A DNA stretch of 64,000 nt from Auanema rhodensis (lineage: Eukaryota > Animalia > Nematoda): contig OZ059894.1 in NCBI GenBank assembly GCA_964057225.1, positions 22,196,001-22,260,000 of the forward strand, given 5' to 3'. A model generated the notes under the pieces. That model worked only from the letters and a program-made list of their open reading frames with translations. It did no database searches and had not been told where the DNA came from. The position numbers were made by a program, and so were the translations under genes. Positions within the stretch are counted from its first letter, which is position 1. Each line of letters begins with the position of its first letter. Positions 1-12,800 of the stretch are shown here, piece after piece.

Positions 1-124
1 AGCTTAAAAATGCACCGAGATATCAACTGATGTAAGTTCACACTTATATCCTCGATTTTCACCCTGAAGAATTAATTTTTTCGTTGAATAACATTGTCCA
101 TCTTCTTTGCCTTGAAAAAAGGAA

Positions 125-196
125 TCTAAAAACATCTACTTTTTGCTAAATTATTTTGAAATTTTTCGAAAAAATTTTTGTCAAAATGTTTTTGGA
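125..196. other. Nested A/T-tract dyad region (monomer pos 125-196)
   Basis: 12-bp palindrome TTTTTCGAAAAA (162-173), AAAAATTTTT (170-179), ATTTTGA/TCAAAAT (153-159/181-187) and TCTAAAAACAT/ATGTTTTTGGA (125-135/186-196, one T-G). Confidence 0.85.
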
Positions 197-200
197 AGCA

Positions 201-228
201 ATGTTGAGTGTACATGGAAACTCAACAT
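201..228. other. 9-bp perfect inverted repeat (monomer pos 201-228)
   Basis: ATGTTGAGT-gtacatggaa-ACTCAACAT. Confidence 0.9.
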
Positions 229-379
229 ACACTAATGCATCATTTTTCAAACGATCATAACTAATTTTTGTATCAAGCGTTTCTTGATGTAGTATAGAGC
301 ATTCGATGCGGATTTTTGAGCTGCGTCGATCTGTGTTATCAGATTTGCGCTAGCTTAAAAATGCACCGAGATATCAACT

Positions 380-401
380 GATATAAGTTCACACTTATAT
401 C
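380..401. other. 9-bp perfect inverted repeat (monomer pos 29-50)
   Basis: GATATAAGT-tcac-ACTTATATC in consensus copies. Confidence 0.9.
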
Positions 402-1013
402 CTCGATTTACACCCTGAAGAATTAATTTTTTCGTTGAATAACATTGTCCTTCGTCTTTGCCTTGAAAAAAGAAATCTAAAAACATCTACTTTTTGCTAA
501 ATTATTTTGAAATTTTTCGAAAAAATTTTTGTCAAAATGTTTTTGGAAGCAATGTTGAGTGTACATGGAAACTCAACATACACTAATGCATCATTTTTCA
601 AACGATCATAACTAATTTTTGTATCAAACGTTTCTCAATGTAGTATAGTGCATTCGATGCGGATTTTTAAGCTGCGTCGATCTGTGTTATCAGATTTGCG
701 CTAACTTAAAAATGCACCGAGATATCAACTGATATAAGTTCACACATATATCCTCGATTTTCACCCTGAAGAATTAATTTTTTCGTTGAATAACATTGTC
801 CATCGTCTTTGCCTTGGAAAAAGGAATCTAAAAACATCTACTTTTTGCTGAATTATTCTGAAATTTTTCGAAAAAATTTTTGTCAAAATGTTTTTGGAAG
901 CAATGTTGAGTGTACATGGAAACTCAACATACACTAATGCATCATTTTTCAAACGATCATAACTAATTTTTGTATTAAGCGTTTCTCAATGTAGTATAGT
1001 GCATTCGATGCGG

Positions 1014-1064
1014 ATTTTTAAGCTGCGTCGATCTGTGTTATCAGATTTGCGCTAGCTTAAAAAT
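1014..1064. other. Largest inverted repeat of the monomer (monomer pos 312-362, spans the junction), present at essentially every junction
   Basis: ATTTTTAAGCT (1014-1024) is the exact reverse complement of AGCTTAAAAAT (1054-1064). Inner GCG/CGC and ATCTG/CAGAT arms close a TGTTAT loop. Confidence 0.9.
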
Positions 1065-1404
1065 GCACCGAGATATCAACTGATATAAGTTCACACTTAT
1101 ATCCTCGATTTTCACCCTGAAGAATTAATTTTTTCGTTGAATAACATTGTCCATCGTCTTTGCCTTAAAAAAAGGAATCTAAAAACATCTACTTTTTGCT
1201 AAATTATTTTGAAATTTTTCGAAAAAATTTTTGTCAAAATGTTTTTGGAAGCAATGTTGAGTGTACATGGAAACTCAACATACACTAATGCATCATTTTT
1301 CAAACGAACATAACTAATTTTTTTATCAAGCGTTTCTCAATGTAGTATAGTGCATTCGATGCGGATTTTTAAGCTGCGTCGATCTGTGTTATCAAATTTG
1401 CGCT

Positions 1405-3861
1405 AGCTTAAAAATGCACCGAGATATCAACTGATATAAGTTCACACTTATATCCTCGATTTTCACCCTGAAGAATTAATTTTTTCGTTGAATAACATTG
1501 TCCATCGTCTTTGCCTTAAAAACAGGAATCTAAAAACATCTACTTTTTGCTAAATTATTTTGAAATTTTTCGAAAAAATTTTTGTCAAAATGTTTTTGGA
1601 AGCAATGTTGAGTGTACATGGAAACTCAACATACACTAATGCATCATTTTTCAAACGATCAAAACTAATTTTTGTATTAAGCGTTTCTCAATGTAGTATA
1701 GTGCATTCGATGCGGATTCTTAAGCTGCGTCGATCTGTGTTATCAGATTTGCGCTAGCTTAAAAATGCACCGAGATATCAACTGATATAAGTTCACACTT
1801 ATATCCTCGATTTTCACCCTGAAGAATTAATTTTTTCGTTGAATAACATTGTCCATCGTCTTTGCCTTAAAAAAAGGAATCTAAAAACATCTACTTTTTG
1901 CTAAATTATTTTGAAATTTTTCGAAAAAATTTTTGTCAAAATGTTTTTGGAAGCAATGTTGAGTGTACATGGAAACTCAACATACACTAATGCATCATTT
2001 TTCAAACGATCATAACTAATTTTTGTATCAAGCGTTTCTTGATGTAGTATAGTGCATTCGATGCGGATTTTTAAGCTGCGTCGATCTGTGTTATCAGATT
2101 TGCGCTAGCTTAAAAATGCACCGAGATATCAACTGATATAAGTTCACACTTATATCCTCGATTTTCACCCTGAAGAATTAATTTTTTCGTTGAATAACAT
2201 TGTCCATCTTCTTTGCCTTGAAAAAAGGAATCTAAAAACATCTACTTTTTGCTAAATTATTTTGAAATTTTTCGAAAAAATTTTTGTCAAAATGTTTTTG
2301 GAAGCAATGTTGAGTGTACATGGAAACTCAACATACACTAATGCATCATTTTTCAAACGATCATAACTAATTTTTGTATCAAGCGTTTCTTGATGTAGTA
2401 TAGTGCATTCGATGCGGATTTTTAAGCTGCGTCGATCTGTGTTATCAGATTTGCGCTAGCTTAAAAATGCACCGAGATATCAACTGATATAAGTTCACAC
2501 TTATATCCTCGATTTTCACCCTGAAGAATTAATTTTTTCGTTGAATAACATTGTCCATCGTCTTTGCCTTAAAAACGGGAATCTAAAAACATCTACTTTT
2601 TGCTAAATTATTTTGAAATTTTTCGAAAAAATTTTTGTCAAAATGTTTTTGGAAGCAATGTTGAGTGTACATGGAAACTCAACATACACTAATGCATCAT
2701 TTTTCAAACGATCAAAACTAATTTTTGTATTAAGCGTTTCTCAATGTAGTATAGTGCATTCGATGCGGATTCTTAAGCTGCGTCGATCTGTGTTATCAGA
2801 TTTGCGCTAGCTTAAAAATGCACCGAGATATCAACTGATATAAGTTCACACTTATATCCTCGATTTTCACCCTGAAGAATTAATTTTTTCGTTGAATAAC
2901 ATTGTCCATCGTCTTTGCCTTAAAAAAAGGAATCTAAAAACATCTACTTTTTGCTAAATTATTTTGAAATTTTTCGAAAAAATTTTTGTCAAAATGTTTT
3001 TGGAAGCAATGTTGAGTGTACATGGAAACTCAACATACACTAATGCATCATTTTTCAAACGATCATAACTAATTTTTGTATCAAGCGTTTCTTGATGTAG
3101 TATAGTGCATTCGATGCGGATTTTTAAGCTGCGTCGATCTGTGTTATCAGATTTGCGCTAGCTTAAAAATGCACCGAGATATCAACTGATATAAGTTCAC
3201 ACTTATATCCTCGATTTTCACCCTGAAGAATTAATTTTTTCGTTGAATAACATTGTCCATCTTCTTTGCCTTGAAAAAAGGAATCTAAAAACATCTACTT
3301 TTTGCTAAATTATTTTGAAATTTTTCGAAAAAATTTTTGTCAAAATGTTTTTGGAAGCAATGTTGAGTGTACATGGAAACTCAACATACACTAATGCATC
3401 ATTTTTCAAACGATCATAACTAATTTTTGTATCAAGCGTTTCTTGATGTAGTATAGTGCATTCGATGCGGATTTTTAAGCTGCGTCGATCTGTGTTATCA
3501 GATTTGCGCTAGCTTAAAAATGCACCGAGATATCAACTGATATAAGTTCACACTTATATCCTCGATTTTCACCCTGAAGAATTAATTTTTTCGTTGAATA
3601 ACATTGTCCATCGTCTTTGCCTTAAAAACGGGAATCTAAAAACATCTACTTTTTGCTAAATTATTTTGAAATTTTTCGAAAAAATTTTTGTCAAAATGTT
3701 TTTGGAAGCAATGTTGAGTGTACATGGAAACTCAACATACACTAATGCATCATTTTTCAAACGATCAAAACTAATTTTTGTATTAAGCGTTTCTCAATGT
3801 AGTATAGTGCATTCGATGCGGATTTTTAAGCTGCGTCGATCTGTGTTATCAGATTTGCGCT
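1405..3861. repeat. Local 3-monomer (1053-bp) higher-order tandem duplication
   Basis: The TCAAAACT allele (+ ORFs at 1560, 2613, 3666) recurs every 1053 bp. The intervening monomers also match (CATCTT allele at ~2209 and ~3262). Confidence 0.85.
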
Positions 3862-6800
3862 AGCTTAAAAATGCACCGAGATATCAACTGATGTAAGTTC
3901 ACACTTATATCCTCGATTTTCACCCTGAAGAATTAATTTTTTCGTTGAATAACATTGTCCATCTTCTTTGCCTTGAAAAAAGGAATCTAAAAACATCTAC
4001 TTTTTGCTAAATTATTTTGAAATTTTTCGAAAAAATTTTTGTCAAAATGTTTTTGGAAGCAATGTTGAGTGTACATGGAAACTCAAGATACACTAATGCA
4101 TCATTTTTCAAACGATCATAACTAATTTGTGTATTAAGCGTTTCTCAATGTAGTATAGTGCATTCGATGCGGATTTTTAAGCTGCGTCGATCTGTGTTAT
4201 CAGATTTGCGCTAGCTTAAAAATGCACCGAGATATCAACTGATATAAGTTCACACTTATATCCTCGATTTTCACCCTGAAGAATTAATTTTTTCGTTGAA
4301 TAACATTGTCCATCGTCTTTGCCTTAAAAAAAGGAATCTAAAAACATCTACTTTTTGCTAAATTATTTTGAAATTTTTCGAAAAAATTTTTGTCAAAATG
4401 TTTTTGGAAGCAATGTTGAGTGTACATGGAAACTCAACATACACTAATGCATCATTTTTCAAACGATCATAACTAATTTTTGTATCAAACGTTTCTCAAT
4501 GTAGTATAGTGCATTCGATGCGGATTTTTAAGCTGCGTCGATCTGTGTTATCAGATTTGCGCTAACTTAAAAATGCACCGAGATATCAACTGATATAAGT
4601 TCACACATATATCCTCGATTTTCACCCTGAAGAATTAATTTTTTCGTTGAATAACATTGTCCATCGTCTTTGCCTTGGAAAAAGGAATCTAAAAACATCT
4701 ACTTTTTGCTGAATTATTCTGAAATTTTTCGAAAAAATTTTTGTCAAAATGTTTTTGGAAGCAATGTTGAGTGTACATGGAAACTCAACATACACTAATG
4801 CATCATTTTTCAAACGATCATAACTAATTTTTGTATTAAGCGTTTCTCAATGTAGTATAGTGCATTCGATGCGGATTTTTAAGCTGCGTCGATCTGTGTT
4901 ATCAGATTTGCGCTAGCTTAAAAATGCACCGAGATATCAACTGATATAAGTTCACACTTATATCCTCGATTTTCACCCTGAAGAATTAATTTTTTCGTTG
5001 AATAACATTGTCCATCGTCTTTGCCTTAAAAAAAGGAATCTAAAAACATCTACTTTTTGCTAAATTATTTTGAAATTTTTCGAAAAAATTTTTGTCAAAA
5101 TGTTTTTGGAAGCAATGTTGAGTGTACATGGAAACTCAACATACACTAATGCATCATTTTTCAAACGAACATAACTAATTTTTTTATCAAGCGTTTCTCA
5201 ATGTAGTATAGTGCATTCGATGCGGATTTTTAAGCTGCGTCGATCTGTGTTATCAAATTTGCGCTAGCTTAAAAATGCACCGAGATATCAACTGATATAA
5301 GTTCACACTTATATCCTCGATTTTCACCCTGAAGAATTAATTTTTTCGTTGAATAACATTGTCCATCGTCTTTGCCTTAAAAACAGGAATCTAAAAACAT
5401 CTACTTTTTGCTAAATTTTTTTGAAATTTTTCGAAAAAATTTTTGTCAAAATGTTTTTGGAAGCAATGTTGAGTGTACATGGAAACTCAACATACACTAA
5501 TGCATCATTTTTCAAACGATCAAAACTAATTTTTGTATTAAGCGTTTCTCAATGTAGTATAGTGCATTCGATGCGGATTCTTAAGCTGCGTCGATCTGTG
5601 TTATCAGATTTGCGCTAGCTTAAAAATGCACCGAGATATCAACTGATGTAAGTTCACACTTATATCCTCGATTTTCACCCTGAAGAATTAATTTTTTCGT
5701 TGAATAACATTGTCCATCTTCTTTGCCTTGAAAAAAGGAATCTAAAAACATCTACTTTTTGCTAAATTATTTTGAAATTTTTCGAAAAAATTTTTGTCAA
5801 AATGTTTTTGGAAGCAATGTTGAGTGTACATGGAAACTCAACATACACTAATGCATCATTTTTCAAACGATCATAACTAATTTTTGTATCAAGCGTTTCT
5901 TGATGTAGTATAGTGCATTCGATGCGGATTTTTAAGCTGCGTCGATCTGTGTTATCAGATTTGCGCTAGCTTAAAAATGCACCGAGATATCAACTGATAT
6001 AAGTTCACACTTATATCCTCGATTTTCACCCTGAAGAATTAATTTTTTCGTTGAATAACATTGTCCATCGTCTTTGCCTTAAAAAAAGGAATCTAAAAAC
6101 ATCTACTTCTTGCTAAATTATTCTGAAATTTTTCGAAAAAATTTTTGTCAAAATGTTTTTGGAAGCAATGTTGAGTGTACATGGAAACTCAACATACACT
6201 AATGCATCATTTTTCAAACGATCATAACTAATTTGTGTATTAAGCGTTTCTTGATGTAGTATAGTGCATTCGATGCGGATTTTTGAGCTGCGTCGATCTG
6301 TGTTATCAGATTTGCGCTAGCTTAAAAATGCACCGAGATATCAACTGATATAAGTTCACACTTATATCCTCGATTTACACCCTGAAGAATTAATTTTTTC
6401 GTTGAATAACATTGTCCATCGTCTTTGCCTTGAAAAAAGAAATCTAAAAACATCTACTTTTTGCTAAATTATTTTGAAATTTTTCGAAAAAATTTTTGTC
6501 AAAATGTTTTTGGAAGCAATGTTGAGTGTACATGGAAACTCAACATACACTAATGCATCATTTTTCAAACGATCATAACTAATTTGTGTATTAAGCGTTT
6601 CTCAATGTAGTATAGTGCATTCGATGCGGATTTTTAAGCTGCGTCGATCTGTGTTATCAGATTTGCGCTAGCTTAAAAATGCACCGAGATATCAACTGAT
6701 ATAAGTTCACACTTATATCCTCGATTTTCACCCTGAAGAATTAATTTTTTCGTTGAATAACATTGTCCATCGTCTTTGCCTTAAAAAAAGGAATCTAAAA

Positions 6801-9800
6801 ACATCTACTTTTTGCTAAATTATTTTGAAATTTTTCGAAAAAATTTTTGTCAAAATGTTTTTGGAAGCAATGTTGAGTGTACATGGAAACTCAACATACA
6901 CTAATGCATCATTTTTCAAACGATCATAACTAATTTTTGTATCAAACGTTTCTCAATGTAGTATAGTGCATTCGATGCGGATTTTTAAGCTGCGTCGATC
7001 TGTGTTATCAGATTTGCGCTAGCTTAAAAATGCACCGAGATATCAACTGATATAAGTTCACACATATATCCTCGATTTTCACCCTGAAGAATTAATTTTT
7101 TCGTTGAATAACATTGTCCATCGTCTTTGCCTTGGAAAAAGGAATCTAAAAACATCTACTTTTTGCTGAATTATTCTGAAATTTTTCGAAAAAATTTTTG
7201 TCAAAATGTTTTTGGAAGCAATGTTGAGTGTACATGGAAACTCAACATACACTAATGCATCATTTTTCAAACGATCATAACTAATTTTTGTATTAAGCGT
7301 TTCTCAATGTAGTATAGTGTATTCGATGCGGATTTTTAAGCTGCGTCGATCTGTGTTATCAGATTTGCGCTAGCTTAAAAATGCACCGAGATATCAACTG
7401 ATATAAGTTTACACTTATATCCTCGATTTTCACCCTGAAGAATTAATTTTTTCGTTGAATAACATTGTCCATCGTCTTTGCCTTAAAAAAAGGAATCTAA
7501 AAACATCTACTTTTTGCTAAATTATTTTGAAATTTTTCGAAAAAATTTTTGTCAAAATGTTTTTGGAAGCAATGTTGAGTGTACATGGAAACTCAACATA
7601 CACTAATGCATCATTTTTCAAACGATCATAACTAATTTGTGTATTAAGCGTTTCTCAATGTAGTATAGTGCATTCGATGCGGATTTTTAAGCTGCGTCGA
7701 TCTGTGTTATCAGATTTGCGCTAGCTTAAAAATGCACCGAGATATCAACTGATATAAGTTCACACTTATATCCTCGATTTTCACCCTGAAGAATTAATTT
7801 TTTCGTTGAATAACATTGTCCATCGTCTTTGCCTTGAAAAAAGAAATCTAAAAACATCTACTTTTTGCTAAATTATTTTGAAATTTTTCGAAAAAATTTT
7901 TGTCAAAATGTTTTTGGAAGCAATGTTGAGTGTACATGGAAACTCAACATACACTAATGCATCATTTTTCAAACGATCATAACTAATTTTTGTATTAAGC
8001 GTTTCTCAATGTAGTATAGTGCATTCGATGCGGATTTTTAAGCTGCGTCGATCTGTGTTATCAGATTTGCGCTAGCTTAAAAATGCACCGAGATATCAAC
8101 TGATATAAGTTCACACTTATATCCTCGATTTTCACCCTGAAGAATTAATTTTTTCGTTGAATAACATTGTCCATCGTCTTTGCCTTAAAAAAAGGAATCT
8201 AAAAACATCTACTTTTTGCTAAATTATTTTGAAATTTTTCGAAAAAATTTTTGTCAAAATGTTTTTGGAAGCAATGTTGAGTGTACATGGAAACTCAACA
8301 TACACTAATGCATCATTTTTCAAACGATCATAACTAATTTGTGTATTAAGCGTTTCTCAATGTAGTATAGTGCATTCGATGCGGATTTTTAAGCTGCGTC
8401 GATCTGTGTTATCAGATTTGCGCTAGCTTAAAAATGCACCGAGATATCAACTGATATAAGTTCACACTTATATCCTCGATTTTCACCCTGAAGAATTAAT
8501 TTTTTCGTTGAATAACATTGTCCATCGTCTTTGCCTTAAAAAAAGAAATCTAAAAACATCTACTTTTAGCTAAATTATTTTGAAATTTTTCGAAAAAATT
8601 TTTGTCAAAATGTTTTTGGAAGCAATGTTGAGTGTACATGGAAACTCAACATACACTAATGCATCATTTTTCAAACGATCATAACTAATTTTTGTATCAA
8701 ACGTTTCTCAATGTAGTATAGTGCATTCGATGCGGATTTTTAAGCTGCGTCGATCTGTGTTATCAGATTTGCGCTAGCTTAAAAATGCACCGAGATATCA
8801 ACTGATATAAGTTCACACTTATATCCTCGATTTTCACCCTGAAGAATTAATTTTTTCGTTGAATAACATTGTCCATCGTCTTTGCCTTGGAAAAAGGAAT
8901 CTAAAAACATCTACTTTTTGCTGAATTATTCTGAAATTTTTCGAAAAAATTTTTGTCAAAATGTTTTTGGAAGCAATGTTGAGTGTACATGGAAACTCAA
9001 CATACACTAATGCATCATTTTTCAAACGATCATAACTAATTTTTGTATCAAGCGTTTCTTGATGTAGTATAGTGCATTCGATGCGGATTTTTAAGCTGCG
9101 TCGATCTGTGTTATCAGATTTGCGCTAGCTTAAAAATGCACCGAGATATCAACTGATATAAGTTCACACTTATATCCTCGATTTTCACCCTGAAGAATTA
9201 ATTTTTTCGTTGAATAACATTGTCCATCGTCTTTGCCTTAAAAAAAGGAATCTAAAAACATCTACTTTTTGCTAAATTATTTTGAAATTTTTCGAAAAAA
9301 TTTTTGTCAAAATGTTTTTGGAAGCAATGTTGAGTGTACATGGAAACTCAACATACACTAATGCATCATTTTTCAAACGATCATAACTAATTTTTGTATT
9401 AAGCGTTTCTCAATGTAGTATAGTGCATTCGATGCGGATTTTTAAGCAGCGTCGATCTGTGTTATCAGATTTGCGCTAGCTTAAAAATGCACCGAGATAT
9501 CAACTGATATAAGTTCACACTTATATCCTCGATTTTCACCCTGAAGAATTAATTTTTTCGTTGAATAACATTGTCTATCGTCTTTGCCTTGAAAAATGGA
9601 ATCTAAAAACATCTACTTTTTGCTAAATTATTTTGAAATTTTTCGAAAAAATTTTTGTCAAAATGTTTTTGGAAGCAATGTTGAGTGTACATGGAAACTC
9701 AACATACACTAATGCATCATTTTTCAAACGATCATAACTAATTTTTGTATCAAGCGTTTCTTGATGTAGTATAGTGCATTCGATGCGGATTTTTAAGCTG

Positions 9801-12800
9801 CGTCGATCTGTGTTATCAGATTTGCGCTAGCTTAAAAATGCACCGAGATATCAACTGATATAAGTTCACACTTATATCCTCGATTTTCACCCTGAAGAAT
9901 TAATTTTTTCGTTGAATAACATTGTCCATCGTCTTTGCCTTAAAAAAAGGAATCTAAAAACATCTACTTTTTGCTAAATTATTTTGAAATTTTTCGAAAA
10001 AATTTTTGTCAAAATGTTTTTGGAAGCAATGTTGAGTGTACATGGAAACTCAACATACACTAATGCATCATTTTTCAAACGAACATAACTAATTTTTTTA
10101 TCAAGCGTTTCTCAATGTAGTATAGTGCATTCGATGCGGATTTTTAAGCTGCGTCGATCTGTGTTATCAAATTTGCGCTAGCTTAAAAATGCACCGAGAT
10201 ATCAACTGATATAAGTTCACACTTATATCCTCGATTTTCACCCTGAAGAATTAATTTTTTCGTTGAATAACATTGTCCATCGTCTTTGCCTTAAAAACAG
10301 GAATCTAAAAACATCTACTTTTTGCTAAATTATTTTGAAATTTTTCGAAAAAATTTTTGTCAAAATGTTTTTGGAAGCAATGTTGAGTGTACATGGAAAC
10401 TCAACATACACTAATGCATCATTTTTCAAACGATCATTACTAATTTTTGTATCAAACGTTTCTCAATGTAGTATAGTGCATTCAATACGGATTTTTAAGC
10501 TGCGTCGATCTGTGTTATCAGATTTGCGCTAGCTTAAAAATGCACCGAGATATCAACTGATATAAGTTCACACTTATATCCTCGATTTTCACCCTGAAGA
10601 ATTAATTTTTTCGTTGAATAACATTGTCCATCGTCTTTGCCTTAAAAACAGGAATCTAAAAACATCTACTTTTTGCTAAATTATTTTGAAATTTTTCGAA
10701 AAAATTTTTGTCAAAATGTTTTTGGAAGCAATGTTGAGTGTACATGGAAACTCAACATACACTAATGCATCATTTTTCAAACGATCATAACTAATTTTTG
10801 TATTAAGCGTTTCTCAATGTAGTATAAGGCATTCGATGCGGATTTTTAAGCTGCGTCGATCTGTGTTATCAGATTTGCGCTAGCTTAAAAATGCACCGAG
10901 ATATCAACTGATATAAGTTCACACTTATATCCTCGATTTTCACCCTGAAGAATTAATTTTTTCGTTGAATAACATTGTCTATCGTCTTTGCCTTGAAAAA
11001 TGGAATCTAAAAACATCTACTTTTTGCTAAATTATTTTGAAATTTTTCGAAAAAATTTTTGTCAAAATGTTTTTGGAAGCAATGTTGAGTGTACATGGAA
11101 ACTCAACATACACTAATGCATCATTTTTCAAACGATCATAACTAATTTTTGTATCAAGCGTTTCTTGATGTAGTATAGTGCATTCGATGCGGATTTTTAA
11201 GCTGCGTCGATCTGTGTTATCAGATTTGCGCTAGCTTAAAAATGCACCGAGATATCAACTGATATAAGTTCACACTTATATCCTCGATTTTCACCCTGAA
11301 GAATTAATTTTTTCGTTGAATAACATTGTCCATCGTCTTTGCCTTGAAAAAAGGAATCTAAAAACATCTACTTTTTGCTAAATTATTTTGAAATTTTTCG
11401 AAAAAATTTTTGTCAAAATGTTTTTGGAAGCAATGTTGAGTGTACATGGAAACTCAACATACACTAATGCATCATTTTTCAAACGAACATAACTAATTTT
11501 TTTATCAAGCGTTTCTCAATGTAGTATAGTGCATTCGATGCGGATTTTTAAGCTGCGTCGATCTGTGTTATCAAATTTGCGCTAGCTTAAAAATGCACCG
11601 AGATATCAACTGATATAAGTTCACACTTATATCCTCGATTTTCACCCTGAAGAATTAATTTTTTCGTTGAATAACATTGTCCATCGTCTTTGCCTCAAAA
11701 ACAGGAATCTAAAAACATCTACTTTTTGCTAAATTATTTTGAAATTTTTCGAAAAAATTTTTGTCAAAATGTTTTTGGAAGCAATATTGAGTGTACATGG
11801 AAACTCAACATACACTAATGCATCATTTTTCAAACGATCAAAACTAATTTTTGTATTAAGCGTTTCTCAATGTAGTATAAGGCATTCGATGCGGATTTTT
11901 AAGCTGCGTCGATCTGTGTTATCAGATTTGCGCTAGCTTAAAAATGCACCGAGATATCAACTGATGTAAGTTCACACTTATATCCTCGATTTTCACCCTG
12001 AAGAATTAATTTTTTCGTTGAATAACATTGTCCATCGTCTTTGCCTTAAAAAAAGGAATCTAAAAACATCTACTTTTTGCTAAATTATTTTGAAATTTTT
12101 CGAAAAAATTTTTGTCAAAATGTTTTTGGAAGCAATGTTGAGTGTACATGGAAACTCAACATACACTAATGCATCATTTTTCAAACGATCATAACTAATT
12201 TTTGTATCAAGCGTTTCTTGATGTAGTATAGTGCATTCGATGCGGATTTTTAAGCTGCGTCGATCTGTGTTATCAGATTTGCGCTAGCTTAAAAATGCAC
12301 CGAGATATCAACTGATATAAGTTCACACTTATATCCTCGATTTTCACCCTGAAGAATTAATTTTTTCGTTGAATAACATTGTCCATCGTCTTTGCCTCAA
12401 AAACAGGAATCTAAAAACATCTACTTTTTGCTAAATTATTTTGAAATTTTTCGAAAAAATTTTTGTCAAAATGTTTTTGGAAGCAATATTGAGTGTACAT
12501 GGAAACTCAACATACACTAATGCATCATTTTTCAAACGATCAAAACTAATTTTTGTATTAAGCGTTTCTCAATGTAGTATAGTGCATTCGATGCGGATTT
12601 TTAAGCTGCGTCGATCTGTGTTATCAGATTTGCGCTAGCTTAAAAATGCACCGAGATATCAACTGATGTAAGTTCACACTTATATCCTCGATTTTCACCC
12701 TGAAGAATTAATTTTTTCGTTGAATAACATTGTCCATCGTCTTTGCCTTAAAAAAAGGAATCTAAAAACATCTACTTTTTGCTAAATTATTTTGAAATTT

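Larger units (their letters stand above)
1..351 (+). repeat. Representative monomer (arbitrary phase), ~68% AT, with A/T tracts and EcoRV (19-24), BstBI (165-170), BsrGI (209-214), NsiI (235-240) and junction NheI (349-354) sites
   Basis: Read directly from the sequence; hand count C=57, G=55 in 351 nt. Confidence 0.95.

Noticed and set aside
79-95. CENP-B box-like TTTCGTTGAATAACATT
   Set aside because: Matches the 5' TTCGTTG part only; the essential CGGG is absent.
64-228. Hammerhead ribozyme (CTGAAGA at 64-70, GAAAC at 217-221 with a stem), as known in some animal satellites
   Set aside because: Stems I and II cannot be formed around the motifs, and the would-be cleavage triplet is GUG. 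An Infernal/Rfam search on a dimer would settle it.
39-277. Ancient dimer of ~175-190-bp subunits (pos ~39-88 vs ~228-277 share ACACT..TTTTCA..TAATTTTT)
   Set aside because: Similarity is short, gapped and low-complexity; not supportable without a self-alignment against shuffled controls.
1-351. Assignment to a named satellite (e.g. Drosophila 359-bp or beetle ~350-bp families), 5S/tRNA tandem array, or a specific transposon/MITE
   Set aside because: Only length and AT content are similar. I recognise no sequence match, Pol III gene, terminal inverted repeats with TSD, or transposase. Needs BLAST/Dfam/Repbase.
761-952. Repeated 63-aa minus-strand ORF (MKNDALVY...)
   Set aside because: Starts at TTG, has no recognisable domain, and exists only when one SNP (GCTAAA->GCTGAA) removes a stop. 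It is a by-product of the repeat, useful only as a haplotype marker.
1560-1757. Repeated 65-aa plus-strand ORF (MKFFEKIF...)
   Set aside because: TTG start; most copies carry an in-frame TAA and some a TGA; its F/K/S-rich composition reflects A/T tracts.
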